Shown: piece after piece, positions 26,629 through 36,358 of the stretch
How positions within the stretch are numbered: the first letter of the stretch is position 1
Layout of the letters: the number at the start of each line of letters is the position of its first letter
From: Clostridia bacterium
GTDB lineage: Bacteria > Bacillota > Clostridia > Christensenellales > CAG-917
Direction of reading: 5' to 3'
NCBI GenBank assembly: GCA_045613765.1
Contig: JAZLBO010000022.1
Location: 15,854 to 79,853 of the forward strand
DNA: 64,000 nt
Position numbers and translations under genes: made by a program
The notes under the pieces: model-generated
The model's input: only the letters and a program-made list of their open reading frames with translations
What the model was told of the DNA's origin: nothing
Databases searched by the model: none

Positions 26629-26997
26629 TTACAGCACTTCGGGTGCGAGAGAGATGATCTTCATGTAGTCTTTGTCACGAAGTTCTCTTGCGATGGGCCC
26701 AAAGATACGAGTGCCTTGGGGTTGTTTTTGGTTGTCGATTATGACTGCTGCGTTGTCGTCAAATTTAATCGAACTGCCGTCCGGGCGTTGAATACCAAAG
26801 TGTGTACGAACGATGACTGCCTTTACGACGTCGCCTTTCTTCACTTTGCCACCGGGGATAGCGGATTTAACAGATGCGACGATGACGTCACCAATGTTAC
26901 CGCTTCTACGGAAAGAACCGCCGAGGACTCTGATACACATAATTTCTTTTGCGCCGCTGTTGTCGGCAACTTTAAGTCTTGTTTGTGGTTGAATCAT
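26629..26997 (-). CDS. rplN: 50S ribosomal protein L14
   Basis: 122 aa. [27 protein letters not shown]... Confidence 0.97.
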   Translation of the reverse strand: MIQPQTRLKVADNSGAKEIMCIRVLGGSFRRSGNIGDVIVASVKSAIPGGKVKKGDVVKAVIVRTHFGIQRPDGSSIKFDDNAAVIIDNQKQPQGTRIFGPIARELRDKDYMKIISLAPEVL

Positions 26998-27007
26998 AGC
27001 TCTCTCC

Positions 27008-27265
27008 TTATTTGGCCTTTTCGATAATTTCTACTACGCGCCAGCATTTGTCCTTTGAAAGAGGACGAGTTTCTGCAACACGCACTTTGTCGCCGATGCC
27101 ACATGCATTGTTTTCATCATGTGCCTTAAGCTTCTTTGTACGGCTTACGATTTTCTTATAAAGGGGGTGCTTAACTCTTTCTGTGATTGCGACGACGACT
27201 GTTTTGTCCATCTTGTCACTTGTTACAAGACCCACTCTTTCTTTTCTAAGATTTCTTTCTTCCAT
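27008..27265 (-). CDS. rpsQ: 30S ribosomal protein S17
   Basis: 85 aa. [27 protein letters not shown]... Confidence 0.97.
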   Translation of the reverse strand: MEERNLRKERVGLVTSDKMDKTVVVAITERVKHPLYKKIVSRTKKLKAHDENNACGIGDKVRVAETRPLSKDKCWRVVEIIEKAK

Positions 27266-27277
27266 AATACCCTCCGC

Positions 27278-27487
27278 TTAGTCGTTTGCCTTGTTGCTGG
27301 CAAGTTCTCTTTGACGAATGACGGTCTTGATACGTGCGATATCACGTCTTGTTTCAACAAGAACCATAGGGTTCGTCAATTGGTTGGTGGCATTTTTGAA
27401 ACGAAGGAAGAACAATTCTGCCTTAAGCTCATTGAGCTTTGTTTGAAGTTCCTTATCGGTCATTTCATGTACTTGTTTTGCTTTCAT
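27278..27487 (-). CDS. rpmC: 50S ribosomal protein L29
   Basis: 69 aa. [29 protein letters not shown]... Confidence 0.95.
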   Translation of the reverse strand: MKAKQVHEMTDKELQTKLNELKAELFFLRFKNATNQLTNPMVLVETRRDIARIKTVIRQRELASNKAND

Positions 27488-27918
27488 GCTTCACCGCCTT
27501 CGGCAACTTGATCTGCCTTTCTAACAAACTTGCACTTGACAGGAAGTTTGTGTGCTGCAAGACGAAGTGCCTCTTTTGCTATTGTTTCATCAACGCCTGC
27601 GATTTCAAACATCACACGGCCGGGCTTGACTACTGCTACCCAGTATTCAGGTGAACCTTTACCGCTACCCATACGAGTTTCAGCAGGTTTTGCTGTTACG
27701 GGTTTGTGGGGGAAGATATCCACCCAAACTTGACCGCCACGACGGATATATCTTGTCATAGCGACACGAGCTGCTTCGATTTGGTTTGAGGTAATCCATG
27801 CAGGTTCTTGTGCAACAAGACCAAATTCACCGTATGCGATGATGTTGCCCTTGTTTGCCTTACCTTTCATTCTTCCACGGAATTGACGGCGTCTTTTAAC
27901 GCGTTTAGGCATCAACAT
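27484..27918 (-). CDS. rplP: 50S ribosomal protein L16
   Basis: 144 aa. [19 protein letters not shown]...[21 protein letters not shown]. Confidence 0.97.
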   Translation of the reverse strand: MLMPKRVKRRRQFRGRMKGKANKGNIIAYGEFGLVAQEPAWITSNQIEAARVAMTRYIRRGGQVWVDIFPHKPVTAKPAETRMGSGKGSPEYWVAVVKPGRVMFEIAGVDETIAKEALRLAAHKLPVKCKFVRKADQVAEGGEA

Positions 27919-28580
27919 TATTTGTTACCTCCTTCCAAAGGATTTTTGCCAAGGACTTCGCCCTTGTAGATCCAGCACTTAACGCCGATTGCACCAAAGG
28001 TGGTGTTTGCTGTTGCTGTGCCGTAATCAATGTCTGCACGAAGTGTTTGAAGGGGAATTGAACCTTCATGATAACTTTCGCTTCTTGCGATTTCTGCACC
28101 GTCAAGACGTCCGCTGACTTTGGTTTTGATACCCTTTGCGCCTGCTTTCATTGCTCTTGACATTGCTTGCTTCATGCTACGACGGAATGATGCTCTGTTT
28201 TCAAGTTGCTTTGCGATTGATTCTGCAACGAGTTGTGCATCTGCATCTGCATGTTTAACTTCCATGATGTTGACGCTGACTTTCTTGTCTGCTGCAACAA
28301 GTGCTTTGACTTCCTTGTTGAGTTCTTGTGCGCCAGCACCTTCTTTGCCGATAAGGACTGCAGGACGTGCTGTGTAGATGGATACAACAACCTTGTCTGC
28401 TGCTCTTTCGATTGTGATCTTGGAGATGCAAGTATCGTAATATTTCTTTTTGATGAACTTACGGATCTTGTTATCTTCTACAAGATTGTCGGCAAAATGT
28501 TTGCTGTCGGCATACCAGGTGGCTTCCCAGGGTCTGATAACGCCGGTTCTAAGTCCTTTAGGATTAACTTTTTGTCCCAT
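27918..28580 (-). CDS. rpsC: 30S ribosomal protein S3
   Basis: 220 aa. [24 protein letters not shown]... Confidence 0.97.
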   Translation of the reverse strand: MGQKVNPKGLRTGVIRPWEATWYADSKHFADNLVEDNKIRKFIKKKYYDTCISKITIERAADKVVVSIYTARPAVLIGKEGAGAQELNKEVKALVAADKKVSVNIMEVKHADADAQLVAESIAKQLENRASFRRSMKQAMSRAMKAGAKGIKTKVSGRLDGAEIARSESYHEGSIPLQTLRADIDYGTATANTTFGAIGVKCWIYKGEVLGKNPLEGGNK

Positions 28581-28592
28581 GTTTGCCTCCTA

Positions 28593-28982
28593 TTATGCGT
28601 TGATTGTGTCGAGAACGACTGTGATGTGGCTTGTTCTCTTGTTGATACGGCTTGCGCTACCCTTTGCTCTTGCCATGATGCGCTTGAGTGTGGGGCCTTC
28701 GTTTGCGTAGCATTCTGCTACGAACAAGTCGTTTCTTGAGAGATTTTGGTTATTTTCTGCATTTGCTGCTGCGCTGTTCACGAGTTTGTAGAGAACTTCA
28801 CTTGCTGACTTGGGAGTGTTTTCCAAGATTGCCAATGCTTCGATAACTGATTTGCCTTTGATGATATCAAGAACGATACGGACCTTAAAAGGAGAAATTC
28901 TTACGAATTTTGCTGTTGCTCTAGGTCTTGTATCTGCATTTGCTTTACGTGCAATTGCCTTTTGCTTACTTCTAGTTGCCAT
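28593..28982 (-). CDS. rplV: 50S ribosomal protein L22 (with ~17-aa basic N-terminal extension)
   Basis: 129 aa. [20 protein letters not shown] precedes [23 protein letters not shown]... Confidence 0.95.
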   Translation of the reverse strand: MATRSKQKAIARKANADTRPRATAKFVRISPFKVRIVLDIIKGKSVIEALAILENTPKSASEVLYKLVNSAAANAENNQNLSRNDLFVAECYANEGPTLKRIMARAKGSASRINKRTSHITVVLDTINA

Positions 28983-28993
28983 AGCTCCTCCTA

Positions 28994-29272
28994 TTATTTC
29001 TTGCCGGTTGTCTTGTCGCCGGCGTGTCCTCTAAATGTTCTTGTGGGAGCAAACTCACCAAGTTTGCAACCAACCATATCTTCTGTCACGTACACGGGAA
29101 CGTGTGTGCGACCATTGTGAACTGCGATGGTGTGTCCAACCATTTCAGGGAAAATGGTGGATGAGCGTGACCATGTTTTGACGGGACGCTTGTCACCGCT
29201 TGCGTTCATCTCGTTGATTCTTTTCATAAGTCTTTCTTCTACGAAAGGTCCTTTTTTAACGCTTCTACTCAT
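28994..29272 (-). CDS. rpsS: 30S ribosomal protein S19
   Basis: 92 aa. [15 protein letters not shown]...[32 protein letters not shown]. Confidence 0.97.
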   Translation of the reverse strand: MSRSVKKGPFVEERLMKRINEMNASGDKRPVKTWSRSSTIFPEMVGHTIAVHNGRTHVPVYVTEDMVGCKLGEFAPTRTFRGHAGDKTTGKK

Positions 29273-29283
29273 TTTACATCCTC

Positions 29284-30111
29284 CTAGTTCACACGCTTGA
29301 TGATGAACTTGTTAGTAATGTTCTTCTTCTTTCTGGTCTTATAACCAAGAGCAGGCTTGCCCCAAGGTGTAACAGGTGTAGGCATACCGATAGGTGATTT
29401 GCCTTCGCCACCGCCGTGAGGGTGGTCGCAGGGGTTCATAACGACACCACGAACTGTGGGTCTGACACCCATGTGACGTGTCTTACCAGCTTTACCGATT
29501 CTCACGATTTCGTGATCGAGGTTGCCGACTTGACCGATTGTTGCTCTGCATGCGATAGGAACATATCTCATTTCGCCACTAGGCATACGAAGTGTTGCAT
29601 ATTTGCCTTCTTTTGCCATGAGTTGTGCGCTGTTACCTGCTGATCTTGCGACTTTACCGCCTCTGCCGGGTTGGAGTTCAATGTTGTGGATCATTGTACC
29701 AACGGGGATATTTGCAAGTTGCATTGCGTTGCCGACTTTGATGTCTGCTGCGTCTGCACTGATGACTGTGTCACCAACTGTAAGACCGAGAGGTGCGATA
29801 ATATAACGCTTTTCGCCGTCTGCGTAGTAAAGAAGTGCGATGTTTGCTGAACGGTTAGGATCGTATTGGATTGCCTTAACTGTTGCGGGGACGTTGTCCT
29901 TATTGCGCTTGAAGTCTACGATACGGTATTTGTTTCTGTTTCCGCCACCGATATGACGAACTGTGATTCTGCCTTGTGCATTTCTGCCGCCTGTGTGGTT
30001 CTTTGAAACCAACAAGCTTCTTTCAGGTGTTGTTGAAGTGATTTCATCATAGGCAGACACTGTCATAAAACGACGAGCGGGAGATGTAGGTTTATATTTC
30101 TTAATTGCCAT
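29284..30111 (-). CDS. rplB: 50S ribosomal protein L2
   Basis: 275 aa. [15 protein letters not shown]...[18 protein letters not shown]. Confidence 0.97.
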   Translation of the reverse strand: MAIKKYKPTSPARRFMTVSAYDEITSTTPERSLLVSKNHTGGRNAQGRITVRHIGGGNRNKYRIVDFKRNKDNVPATVKAIQYDPNRSANIALLYYADGEKRYIIAPLGLTVGDTVISADAADIKVGNAMQLANIPVGTMIHNIELQPGRGGKVARSAGNSAQLMAKEGKYATLRMPSGEMRYVPIACRATIGQVGNLDHEIVRIGKAGKTRHMGVRPTVRGVVMNPCDHPHGGGEGKSPIGMPTPVTPWGKPALGYKTRKKKNITNKFIIKRVN

Positions 30112-30122
30112 AGTCTTTCTCC

Positions 30123-30413
30123 TTATGCCAAGCTTTCGAAGAATTCGATTGCCTTGCTGTTTTCTGTCAAGGTGACGATTGCTTTCTTATAGCTTGCTGT
30201 TCTGCCTTCGTGGCGTCCCATTCTCTTCACCTTTCCGTCGTAGTTTGCTGTGTTGACCTTTGCAACCTTAACGCCGAAGATTTGTTCCACTGCGCCCTTG
30301 ATTTGAGTCTTGTTTGCGTTCTTTGCAACTTTGAATGTGTATCTCTTTTCTGCGATACCATCATAGCTCTTTTCTGAAAGGACGGGTTCAATGATAATGT
30401 CGTAAACTGTCAT
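30123..30413 (-). CDS. rplW: 50S ribosomal protein L23
   Basis: 96 aa. [13 protein letters not shown]...[26 protein letters not shown]. Confidence 0.96.
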   Translation of the reverse strand: MTVYDIIIEPVLSEKSYDGIAEKRYTFKVAKNANKTQIKGAVEQIFGVKVAKVNTANYDGKVKRMGRHEGRTASYKKAIVTLTENSKAIEFFESLA

Positions 30414-31033
30414 TATTTTGCTTCCTCCTCGATTTTCTTGATTGCATCAGCGGTGATGACGATGTTCTTGTTTGAAACGATTTCATAAACGCTGAGTTGT
30501 CTGCATTCTGCGAGAGAAACGGTAGGAATGTTTCTGCTTGCACGGAGTGCTGCTTCGTCGTATTCGCTCACTACGAACATGACTGAACCCTTAAGACCAA
30601 GGTTGTCAACTGTTTCTGCGACGATCTTTGTCTTTGCTTCTGCAAGTGCAAAGTTGTCGATAACTGTGAGTTCATTTTGACGGATCTTTTGTGAAAGTGC
30701 GCTGTAGAATGCTGCTGCTTTCATGTTCTTGTTGATCTTTTGTGAGAAGTCACGGGGTTTCTTTGCGAAGACCACACCACCACCGACGTAGATAGGAGCA
30801 ACGATACTGCTGTGACGTGCACGGCCTGTGCCCTTTTGACGATAGATCTTTGCGCCGCCTCCACGAACTTCTGAGCGTGTGAGTGCTGCGTGTGTGCCTT
30901 GGCGCTTATTTGCAAGTTGTGCTACGACGACTTGGTGGATAAGTGCTTCTTTGTACTCTGCGCCGAAGATAGCATCGCTGACTTCGATTGTACCTGCTGC
31001 TTTACCAGCCATATTGAGAACGTTCAGTTTCAT
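30413..31033 (-). CDS. rplD: 50S ribosomal protein L4
   Basis: 206 aa. [36 protein letters not shown]. Confidence 0.97.
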   Translation of the reverse strand: MKLNVLNMAGKAAGTIEVSDAIFGAEYKEALIHQVVVAQLANKRQGTHAALTRSEVRGGGAKIYRQKGTGRARHSSIVAPIYVGGGVVFAKKPRDFSQKINKNMKAAAFYSALSQKIRQNELTVIDNFALAEAKTKIVAETVDNLGLKGSVMFVVSEYDEAALRASRNIPTVSLAECRQLSVYEIVSNKNIVITADAIKKIEEEAK

Positions 31034-31045
31034 ATCTACCTCCGA

Positions 31046-31675
31046 TTAACCCTTTACGGATTCCTTGATGACAACGATGCCACCCTTTGCTCCGGGGATT
31101 GCGCCCTTGATGAGAAGAAGGTTTCTTGCGCTGTCAACTCTTGCGACTGTCAAGTTTTGGATTGTAACCTTTTCGTTACCCCATTGACCTGACATGTGTT
31201 TGTTCTTAAAGACTCTTGACGGTGATGAGCATGCACCCATTGAACCGACGCCTCTGTGATAACCTGAACCGTGTGCCATAGGTCCACGATGTTGGTTCCA
31301 TCTTTGAATGACGCCACTGAAACCGTGACCTTTGCTTGTGCCGGTGACATCAACTTTGTCGCCTTCTGCAAATGTGTCGCAAGTCAGTTCCTGACCCAAA
31401 GCATATTTGGAGCAGTCTGCGAAACGGAATTCACGAAGATAACGTTTTGCTGTCACGCCAGCTTTCTTAAAGTGTCCGGCTTGGGGTTTGTTAACTCTGG
31501 TTTCTTTTACTGTGCCAAATCCAACTTGGATTGCATCGTAACCGTCGTTTTCTTTTGATTTAATCTGCACTACGGGGCAGGGACCTGCTTCCACTACTGT
31601 TACGGGAATGACCTTGCCGTCTTCTGTGAAGATTTGGCTCATGCCTAATTTCTTTCCGATGATTGCTTTATCCAT
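31046..31675 (-). CDS. rplC: 50S ribosomal protein L3
   Basis: 209 aa. [29 protein letters not shown]...[16 protein letters not shown]. Confidence 0.97.
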   Translation of the reverse strand: MDKAIIGKKLGMSQIFTEDGKVIPVTVVEAGPCPVVQIKSKENDGYDAIQVGFGTVKETRVNKPQAGHFKKAGVTAKRYLREFRFADCSKYALGQELTCDTFAEGDKVDVTGTSKGHGFSGVIQRWNQHRGPMAHGSGYHRGVGSMGACSSPSRVFKNKHMSGQWGNEKVTIQNLTVARVDSARNLLLIKGAIPGAKGGIVVIKESVKG

Positions 31676-31722
31676 GTAAAGTTCACCCTCCTAATTATTT
31701 TGCGATTTTGGTTTTGTTGTGA

Positions 31723-32031
31723 TTAGAGCTTGATTGAAATGTCAACGCCGGCGGGCAAGTCAAGTTTCATGAGTGAATCAACTGTCTTGCTGGTGGGATT
31801 GAAAATGTCGATCAAACGCTTGTGTGTTCTGAGTTCAAATTGCTCACGGCTATCTTTGTACTTGTGAGTTGCACGAAGAATTGTGACGATTTCCTTTTCT
31901 GTGGGAAGGGGGATAGGTCCTGAAACCTTTGTGCCAGTCTTCTTCACTGACTCAACGATCTTTTCTGCTGAGATGTCGATGAGATTGTGGTCGTAAGCTT
32001 TGAGCTTGATTCTAATTTTTTGTCCAGCCAT
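31723..32031 (-). CDS. rpsJ: 30S ribosomal protein S10
   Basis: 102 aa. [19 protein letters not shown]...[11 protein letters not shown]. First gene of the cluster. RBS AGGAGG. Confidence 0.97.
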   Translation of the reverse strand: MAGQKIRIKLKAYDHNLIDISAEKIVESVKKTGTKVSGPIPLPTEKEIVTILRATHKYKDSREQFELRTHKRLIDIFNPTSKTVDSLMKLDLPAGVDISIKL

Positions 32032-32134
32032 TATTTAGCCTCCTAAATATTTAACACTTATCCGTGTGTGTCTTTATTTTTTTTATCGCCGTTTTGGCGG
32101 CGAAAACAGTGCCCGACGAGGACACAGCGCGAAT

Positions 32135-32163
32135 AGAATACTAATTTACAAAGGCTTTGTCAA
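32135..32163 (-). promoter_or_regulatory. candidate sigma-A promoter of the S10 operon, with a ~100-nt two-hairpin leader
   Basis: Minus strand reads TTGACA, 17 nt, TATTCT. The leader contains GTGTCC-tcgtc-GGGCAC and TCGCCG-ccaaaa-CGGCGA hairpins. Confidence 0.45.
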
Positions 32164-32164
32164 G

Positions 32165-32789
32165 CAAAAAAACGCACTTTTTCAAAAAAAGTTCTAATAT
32201 TGTAAAAAAATATGCGTCTTTTAATATATATAAAGGTATAAATAGCAAAAAATCGCCCTTTTCAGCAGATTTCCACCCACCAAGTCCAAGAGCGATTTTG
32301 ATCAATTTTTCACTTGATTTTTACGTTCGTTTCAAAATTTTTCGTCCGTCACAAAAATTTTTTCTTTCTATTTCTTTTCAAAATTTTCTTTCGCCAAACA
32401 CCTTTCTCAAAATCAATTTTCTTGCATTTTTGCTTTTGTTTTTTTTAGCAAAATTCATCAAATTTACAATAAATCTTGCCAGTTTTTTAGGGTTTTCAAT
32501 CCAAATTTTAACTGTTTTTTTGACACTTTTTCGTGTAAATTTTTGCCAATATTTATGTGTTTTCTACACCAATATTTTAGGCAATTTTTATCTTTTTTTC
32601 AACCAAAATCAAGTCGATTTTTTCCTAAAATTTCGCAAGTTTTGCCCCTGTTTTTGATCTAAAATTCGCCATATTCTACCCATTTTTAACTATGTTTTGA
32701 GTGAGTTTAAGGTGCGTTTTTTGGGGTATTTTTGAATACGCTTTTCCAAAAAATGACTATATTTTTTGTTGGATTTTGGGTGCAAAACG
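32165..32789. other. 625-bp coding-free, strand-asymmetric AnTn-tract-rich region
   Basis: About 20 motifs of the type CAAAATTTT, CAAAAATTTTTT, CCAAATTTTA, CCTAAAATTTC. Plus strand is T-rich. The only ORF (32157..32657) is F/L/K low-complexity. Confidence 0.6.
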
Positions 32790-33920
32790 CTACTTCAAAC
32801 ACTTCCCTGTCAAAGCATCTTGGTATATTATCCAGTAGCCTTTGCCATTGTTTTCTGCAATTGACAGCCACACTGCAAGATCTTTGATTTCAGCAGGTGG
32901 GGTGGTTTTGTCAGTTGATGGCACGCCATAGCATATATAACTGACATCGTCGCCGTCAAGGACAAGACCAACGACGTAATAGCCGTCTTGAGTGTCAATG
33001 CGCACCCATCTACTGTTGGGCACTGTGGCGTTGAGCAGTTCATCTTCAGGATAGCACACAAAGATTTCATCAAGTTGTGGCTTGACGGAAAGATAAAAGT
33101 TGTTGCCGTCAAATCGCACGGTATCAAAGGAAAATATTTTGCTTTCATCTCTTTGCAAGGCTTGTCTATCACTCTCTTTTTGTCCACCGTGCATATCACT
33201 TTCAAAAGCAAAAACACCTTGTTTGTCTTTGTCTAAATTGTGATGATCATCAACCTTTTGCGCACCACTATTCTGTGTAACTTTTTCACTTAAAATCTGT
33301 CCGTGGAAATCGGTGTTTTTCAAGCCATTTTCAACCGTTGAATTTGCCATATCTTCAAGAGTATTTTCACCCTCTAAGCCGTATGTATTTTTACCGTCGA
33401 TTTGCACCGATTTTTCAACTGTCTTTTCCATTGATTTTACTGCAGGTTTTTCAGCGTATTTTTCACGGCAGGAATCATATCCCCTGACGGCACAGGCGCC
33501 ATCAACAACACTACTTGCAATATTGCTATTTTGACAGTGTTTCTCATCTCCGTTTTCACTCTCAAACTCACTTGATTTGACAGCGTTTTCAAGGGCGTTT
33601 TCGTACCCTAAAATACGGGCCTTAACATCTCTATGTTTTGGTGTTTTGCCAGTGCCACCAACGTAAGTTTTGCCACCCACACAAACTGCAACTTCAATAT
33701 GTTCTTTTGCACAAAATCGCACTTTATAATCATATTTATCATTGTAAAGCACTTGTTTTGCTATTTCTTCCCCAATTAAGTATATATTGCCACCACCCAT
33801 ATCAACCCCTTCGGGCAAGTGAATTTCAACTGAATTGCCATCTCTATTTACACTCATTTTAAGGTGTCTTTTATCCCCATTTTCTGCCACTAAAACAACA
33901 ACATATTTTTCAATTTTCAT
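32790..33920 (-). CDS. hypothetical protein (uncharacterised Clostridia-type C-terminal domain)
   Basis: ORF track gives 32790..33953. ATG 33920 (MKIEKY...) lies 9 nt after GGGAG. The C-terminus FYLSVKPQLDEIF...YYVVGLVLDGDDVSYICYGVP...GYWIIYQDALTGKC resembles a recurrent uncharacterised clostridial domain. Confidence 0.7.
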   Translation of the reverse strand: MKIEKYVVVLVAENGDKRHLKMSVNRDGNSVEIHLPEGVDMGGGNIYLIGEEIAKQVLYNDKYDYKVRFCAKEHIEVAVCVGGKTYVGGTGKTPKHRDVKARILGYENALENAVKSSEFESENGDEKHCQNSNIASSVVDGACAVRGYDSCREKYAEKPAVKSMEKTVEKSVQIDGKNTYGLEGENTLEDMANSTVENGLKNTDFHGQILSEKVTQNSGAQKVDDHHNLDKDKQGVFAFESDMHGGQKESDRQALQRDESKIFSFDTVRFDGNNFYLSVKPQLDEIFVCYPEDELLNATVPNSRWVRIDTQDGYYVVGLVLDGDDVSYICYGVPSTDKTTPPAEIKDLAVWLSIAENNGKGYWIIYQDALTGKCLK

Positions 33921-33953
33921 AGACATTTTCTCCCGTGCAATCTTATGCTCCAC

Positions 33954-34245
33954 ATCCCATATTTATGCCTATTATTTTGTTGTTTTTCATCATCAACACA
34001 CCGTCAAATTCGCCCTAAAATCCCACTTGTTTTTATCTCAATTTTATGCTTATTTTCGCACCAATTTACACACCATTTATGCCGAAAATTTTGCTCACAT
34101 TTACCCCTTTTCAAGCCCGAAATTTTACCTTGATTTTTGCCTTAAATCACACCTAAAATTTCCAGTTTTTTCACGTTAATTTTATCGTCATTTTTCTTCG
34201 ATCATTTTGTTGGAATTTCAATCGTTTTCCCACTTTTTTTTGCAA
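33954..34245. other. second AnTn-tract-rich coding-free region (same word vocabulary as 32165..32789)
   Basis: Shares CCTAAAATTTC (34152-34162 vs 32624-32634) and AAATTCGCC (34006-34014 vs 32662-32670). Plus strand is T-rich. Confidence 0.55.
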
Positions 34246-34270
34246 CAAAAAACCCGACCAAAAGGTCGGG
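34246..34270 (-). terminator. rho-independent terminator after 34288..34770
   Basis: CCCGACC-aaaa-GGTCGGG. A6 on the plus strand gives a T-run on the minus strand. Confidence 0.8.
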
Positions 34271-34287
34271 TAAATTTTGGTTGTTTT

Positions 34288-34770
34288 CTACTTTACCAAA
34301 TCAATTCTTTGGACTCTTACACCTGCGTCAATCAAGATGAAAAGAAATTGCTCAACACTGCCCTTGTCGACTAATTTGAAGGTTATTTTTTTCGTTTCAT
34401 CAACTATTGTTATAACATAGTGCAGACTTCTTGGCCTTCTGTTGTTTCCAACACTTCCTTTCAATCTGCAAGTGCACTCGATACCATTGTGAATATCCAT
34501 CTTCTTTGTGCCGAGAATTCCTCTCACTTTGATTGTCTTATCTTCAACCACAACTCTGAAAAGTAGTGTGTGGGCAAGATAAACCAGCGCCATAAGAAGA
34601 AGCACACTCATAGTCGCAACGCCTACGATTTGCATTGTATTGTCTTCTGTGGGACTCATATCAAGCAATCCTTTAATAGACATAACCAACAACGCGCATG
34701 GAAATGCCAAATATACGAGTGCAACAAGAATATATTCCTTGCAAGTTCCTTTAAATCTAAAATTGTCCAT
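34288..34770 (-). CDS. hypothetical two-TM membrane protein
   Basis: ORF track extends to 34854 and would overlap rsmA. ATG 34770 (MDNFRFKG...) lies 8 nt after the rsmA stop. Two hydrophobic helices followed by a soluble beta-rich domain. Confidence 0.6.
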   Translation of the reverse strand: MDNFRFKGTCKEYILVALVYLAFPCALLVMSIKGLLDMSPTEDNTMQIVGVATMSVLLLMALVYLAHTLLFRVVVEDKTIKVRGILGTKKMDIHNGIECTCRLKGSVGNNRRPRSLHYVITIVDETKKITFKLVDKGSVEQFLFILIDAGVRVQRIDLVK

Positions 34771-34777
34771 ATTTCTC

Positions 34778-35605
34778 TTAAAATTCTTTACTAAGACGGA
34801 TATAATCTTCAAGGGAAAGGGCTTCGCCACGGACTCTTTCATCAAGTCCTGCACGGTTTAGTCTTTCGGTTGCCTCTTGTTTGGACATGCCAAAACTTGC
34901 GTTCAAGTTGTTGACAAGGGTTTTTCTTCTCATAGCAAAGGCACTGCGCACGATTTTGTGTATGAGTGGTTTGTTTTCCCCTTCAAGTTTGTTTCTGTCA
35001 ATATCTATGCGCACCACTGCACTGTCAACGTTGGGGGCAGGATAAAACATATTTCTGCCCACTTTTCGTGTGATTGATGCTTGTCCACGGAGCAAAACTG
35101 CAAGTGTAATTGCAGAATAGTCTGCTGTATTGGGTTTTGCAACAAGACGGAGCCCCACTTCTTCTTGCACCATGATTGTCAAGGACTTGACGGGCAAATC
35201 ACTTTCAAGAAAGCGCATAATAAGGGGTGTTGTGATGTAGTAGGGCAAGTTTGCCACCACTTTGAAGTCGCCTGTGCCAATGATTTCTTGGATTTCTTCG
35301 TCCTTCATCTTGAGTATATCACGGAAAATGACTTCCACGTTGTCAACGCCTTGCAATGAAAGTGCGTGGACAGGCTCAAGGTTTTTGTCAACTTCAAAGG
35401 AAAACACTTTTTTTGCCACACTTGCAATTTGTCTTGTAAGAGTGCCTGCACCAGTGCCGATTTCAACAACAACGTCATCTTCAGTGACGCCACTGTCACC
35501 TACGATACCCTTGAGAAGATTTGTGTCGGATATAAAGTTTTGTCCAAGCGCCTTGTTAAACCTAAAAGATGTGGCTTGCAAGACGTCCTTCATTTTCATT
35601 TCCAT
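34778..35605 (-). CDS. rsmA: 16S rRNA (adenine1518/1519-N6)-dimethyltransferase
   Basis: 275 aa. RFNKALGQNFISD...VVEIGTGAGTLT...VVANLPYYITTPLIM. Confidence 0.93.
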   Translation of the reverse strand: MEMKMKDVLQATSFRFNKALGQNFISDTNLLKGIVGDSGVTEDDVVVEIGTGAGTLTRQIASVAKKVFSFEVDKNLEPVHALSLQGVDNVEVIFRDILKMKDEEIQEIIGTGDFKVVANLPYYITTPLIMRFLESDLPVKSLTIMVQEEVGLRLVAKPNTADYSAITLAVLLRGQASITRKVGRNMFYPAPNVDSAVVRIDIDRNKLEGENKPLIHKIVRSAFAMRRKTLVNNLNASFGMSKQEATERLNRAGLDERVRGEALSLEDYIRLSKEF

Positions 35606-35725
35606 ATTTTACCTATGCTTGCAATGGATATATCTTGACCCACTGCACAAAATACCATTGTGCCAAAGATGAAATATCCAAAGCACAAAAGATAAAAGGG
35701 GCAACCAATCGGTTGTCCTTTCTCG

Positions 35726-36328
35726 TTATTCTCTTATAGTTTCACGGACGCGATATTTTGCGCCCAGTTGTTCTGCAAGAATACGGCAACTTTCAATTTC
35801 TTCTTCCCCAATGAAATCAACCACTGTGAGAGTTGTGTCAATGCCGTTTTCAATGCAACCCTTTGCAAATTCAATCATTGCATCAAAGGCGTCTTCGCCA
35901 TAAATACTTCTGCAGATTTCTTGATAGAGTTCTCTATTTGATGCGTTCAAAGAAATTGACACAGAGTCAATATACTTTGAGATAAGCATGGGGATATCTT
36001 TGCGCTTGTTCCAAAGCCCACCAAGTCCGTTGGTATTAAGACGAGTCCTAAGTCCAAGGCGTTTGATATAAGGTGCAACTTGGCTCAAAACAGACAATGC
36101 GCAAAGGGGCTCGCCATAGCCACAAAAGACAATCTCGCCATACTTCTTCAAAGGGTACAAAGAAAGGTCTTCCTTGATGTCTTCAAAGTTGGGCTCACGT
36201 GTCAAACGAAGGTCATCTTCCCCAATGCCGTTGCGAATATTTCTCACGCAAAACTCACAATCATTGGGACACTTGTTGGTGAGATTGATATAAAGGCTTC
36301 CACCATATTCATATACAAAGTTTTTCAT
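35726..36328 (-). CDS. radical SAM protein, TatD-family-associated type
   Basis: 200 aa. CPNDCEFC (C-x3-C-x2-C) near the N-terminus. FCGYGEPL. Immediately downstream of the TatD hydrolase gene. Confidence 0.85.
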   Translation of the reverse strand: MKNFVYEYGGSLYINLTNKCPNDCEFCVRNIRNGIGEDDLRLTREPNFEDIKEDLSLYPLKKYGEIVFCGYGEPLCALSVLSQVAPYIKRLGLRTRLNTNGLGGLWNKRKDIPMLISKYIDSVSISLNASNRELYQEICRSIYGEDAFDAMIEFAKGCIENGIDTTLTVVDFIGEEEIESCRILAEQLGAKYRVRETIRE

Positions 36329-36358
36329 TGTTTTCTCAAAATCAATAGTTTATCTATG

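Noticed and set aside
32157-32657. 166-aa plus-strand ORF in the AnTn region
   Set aside because: The translation is F/L/K/S low-complexity, generated by the T-rich strand, where stop codons are rare. It has no RBS and no family resemblance. I treat the region as non-coding.
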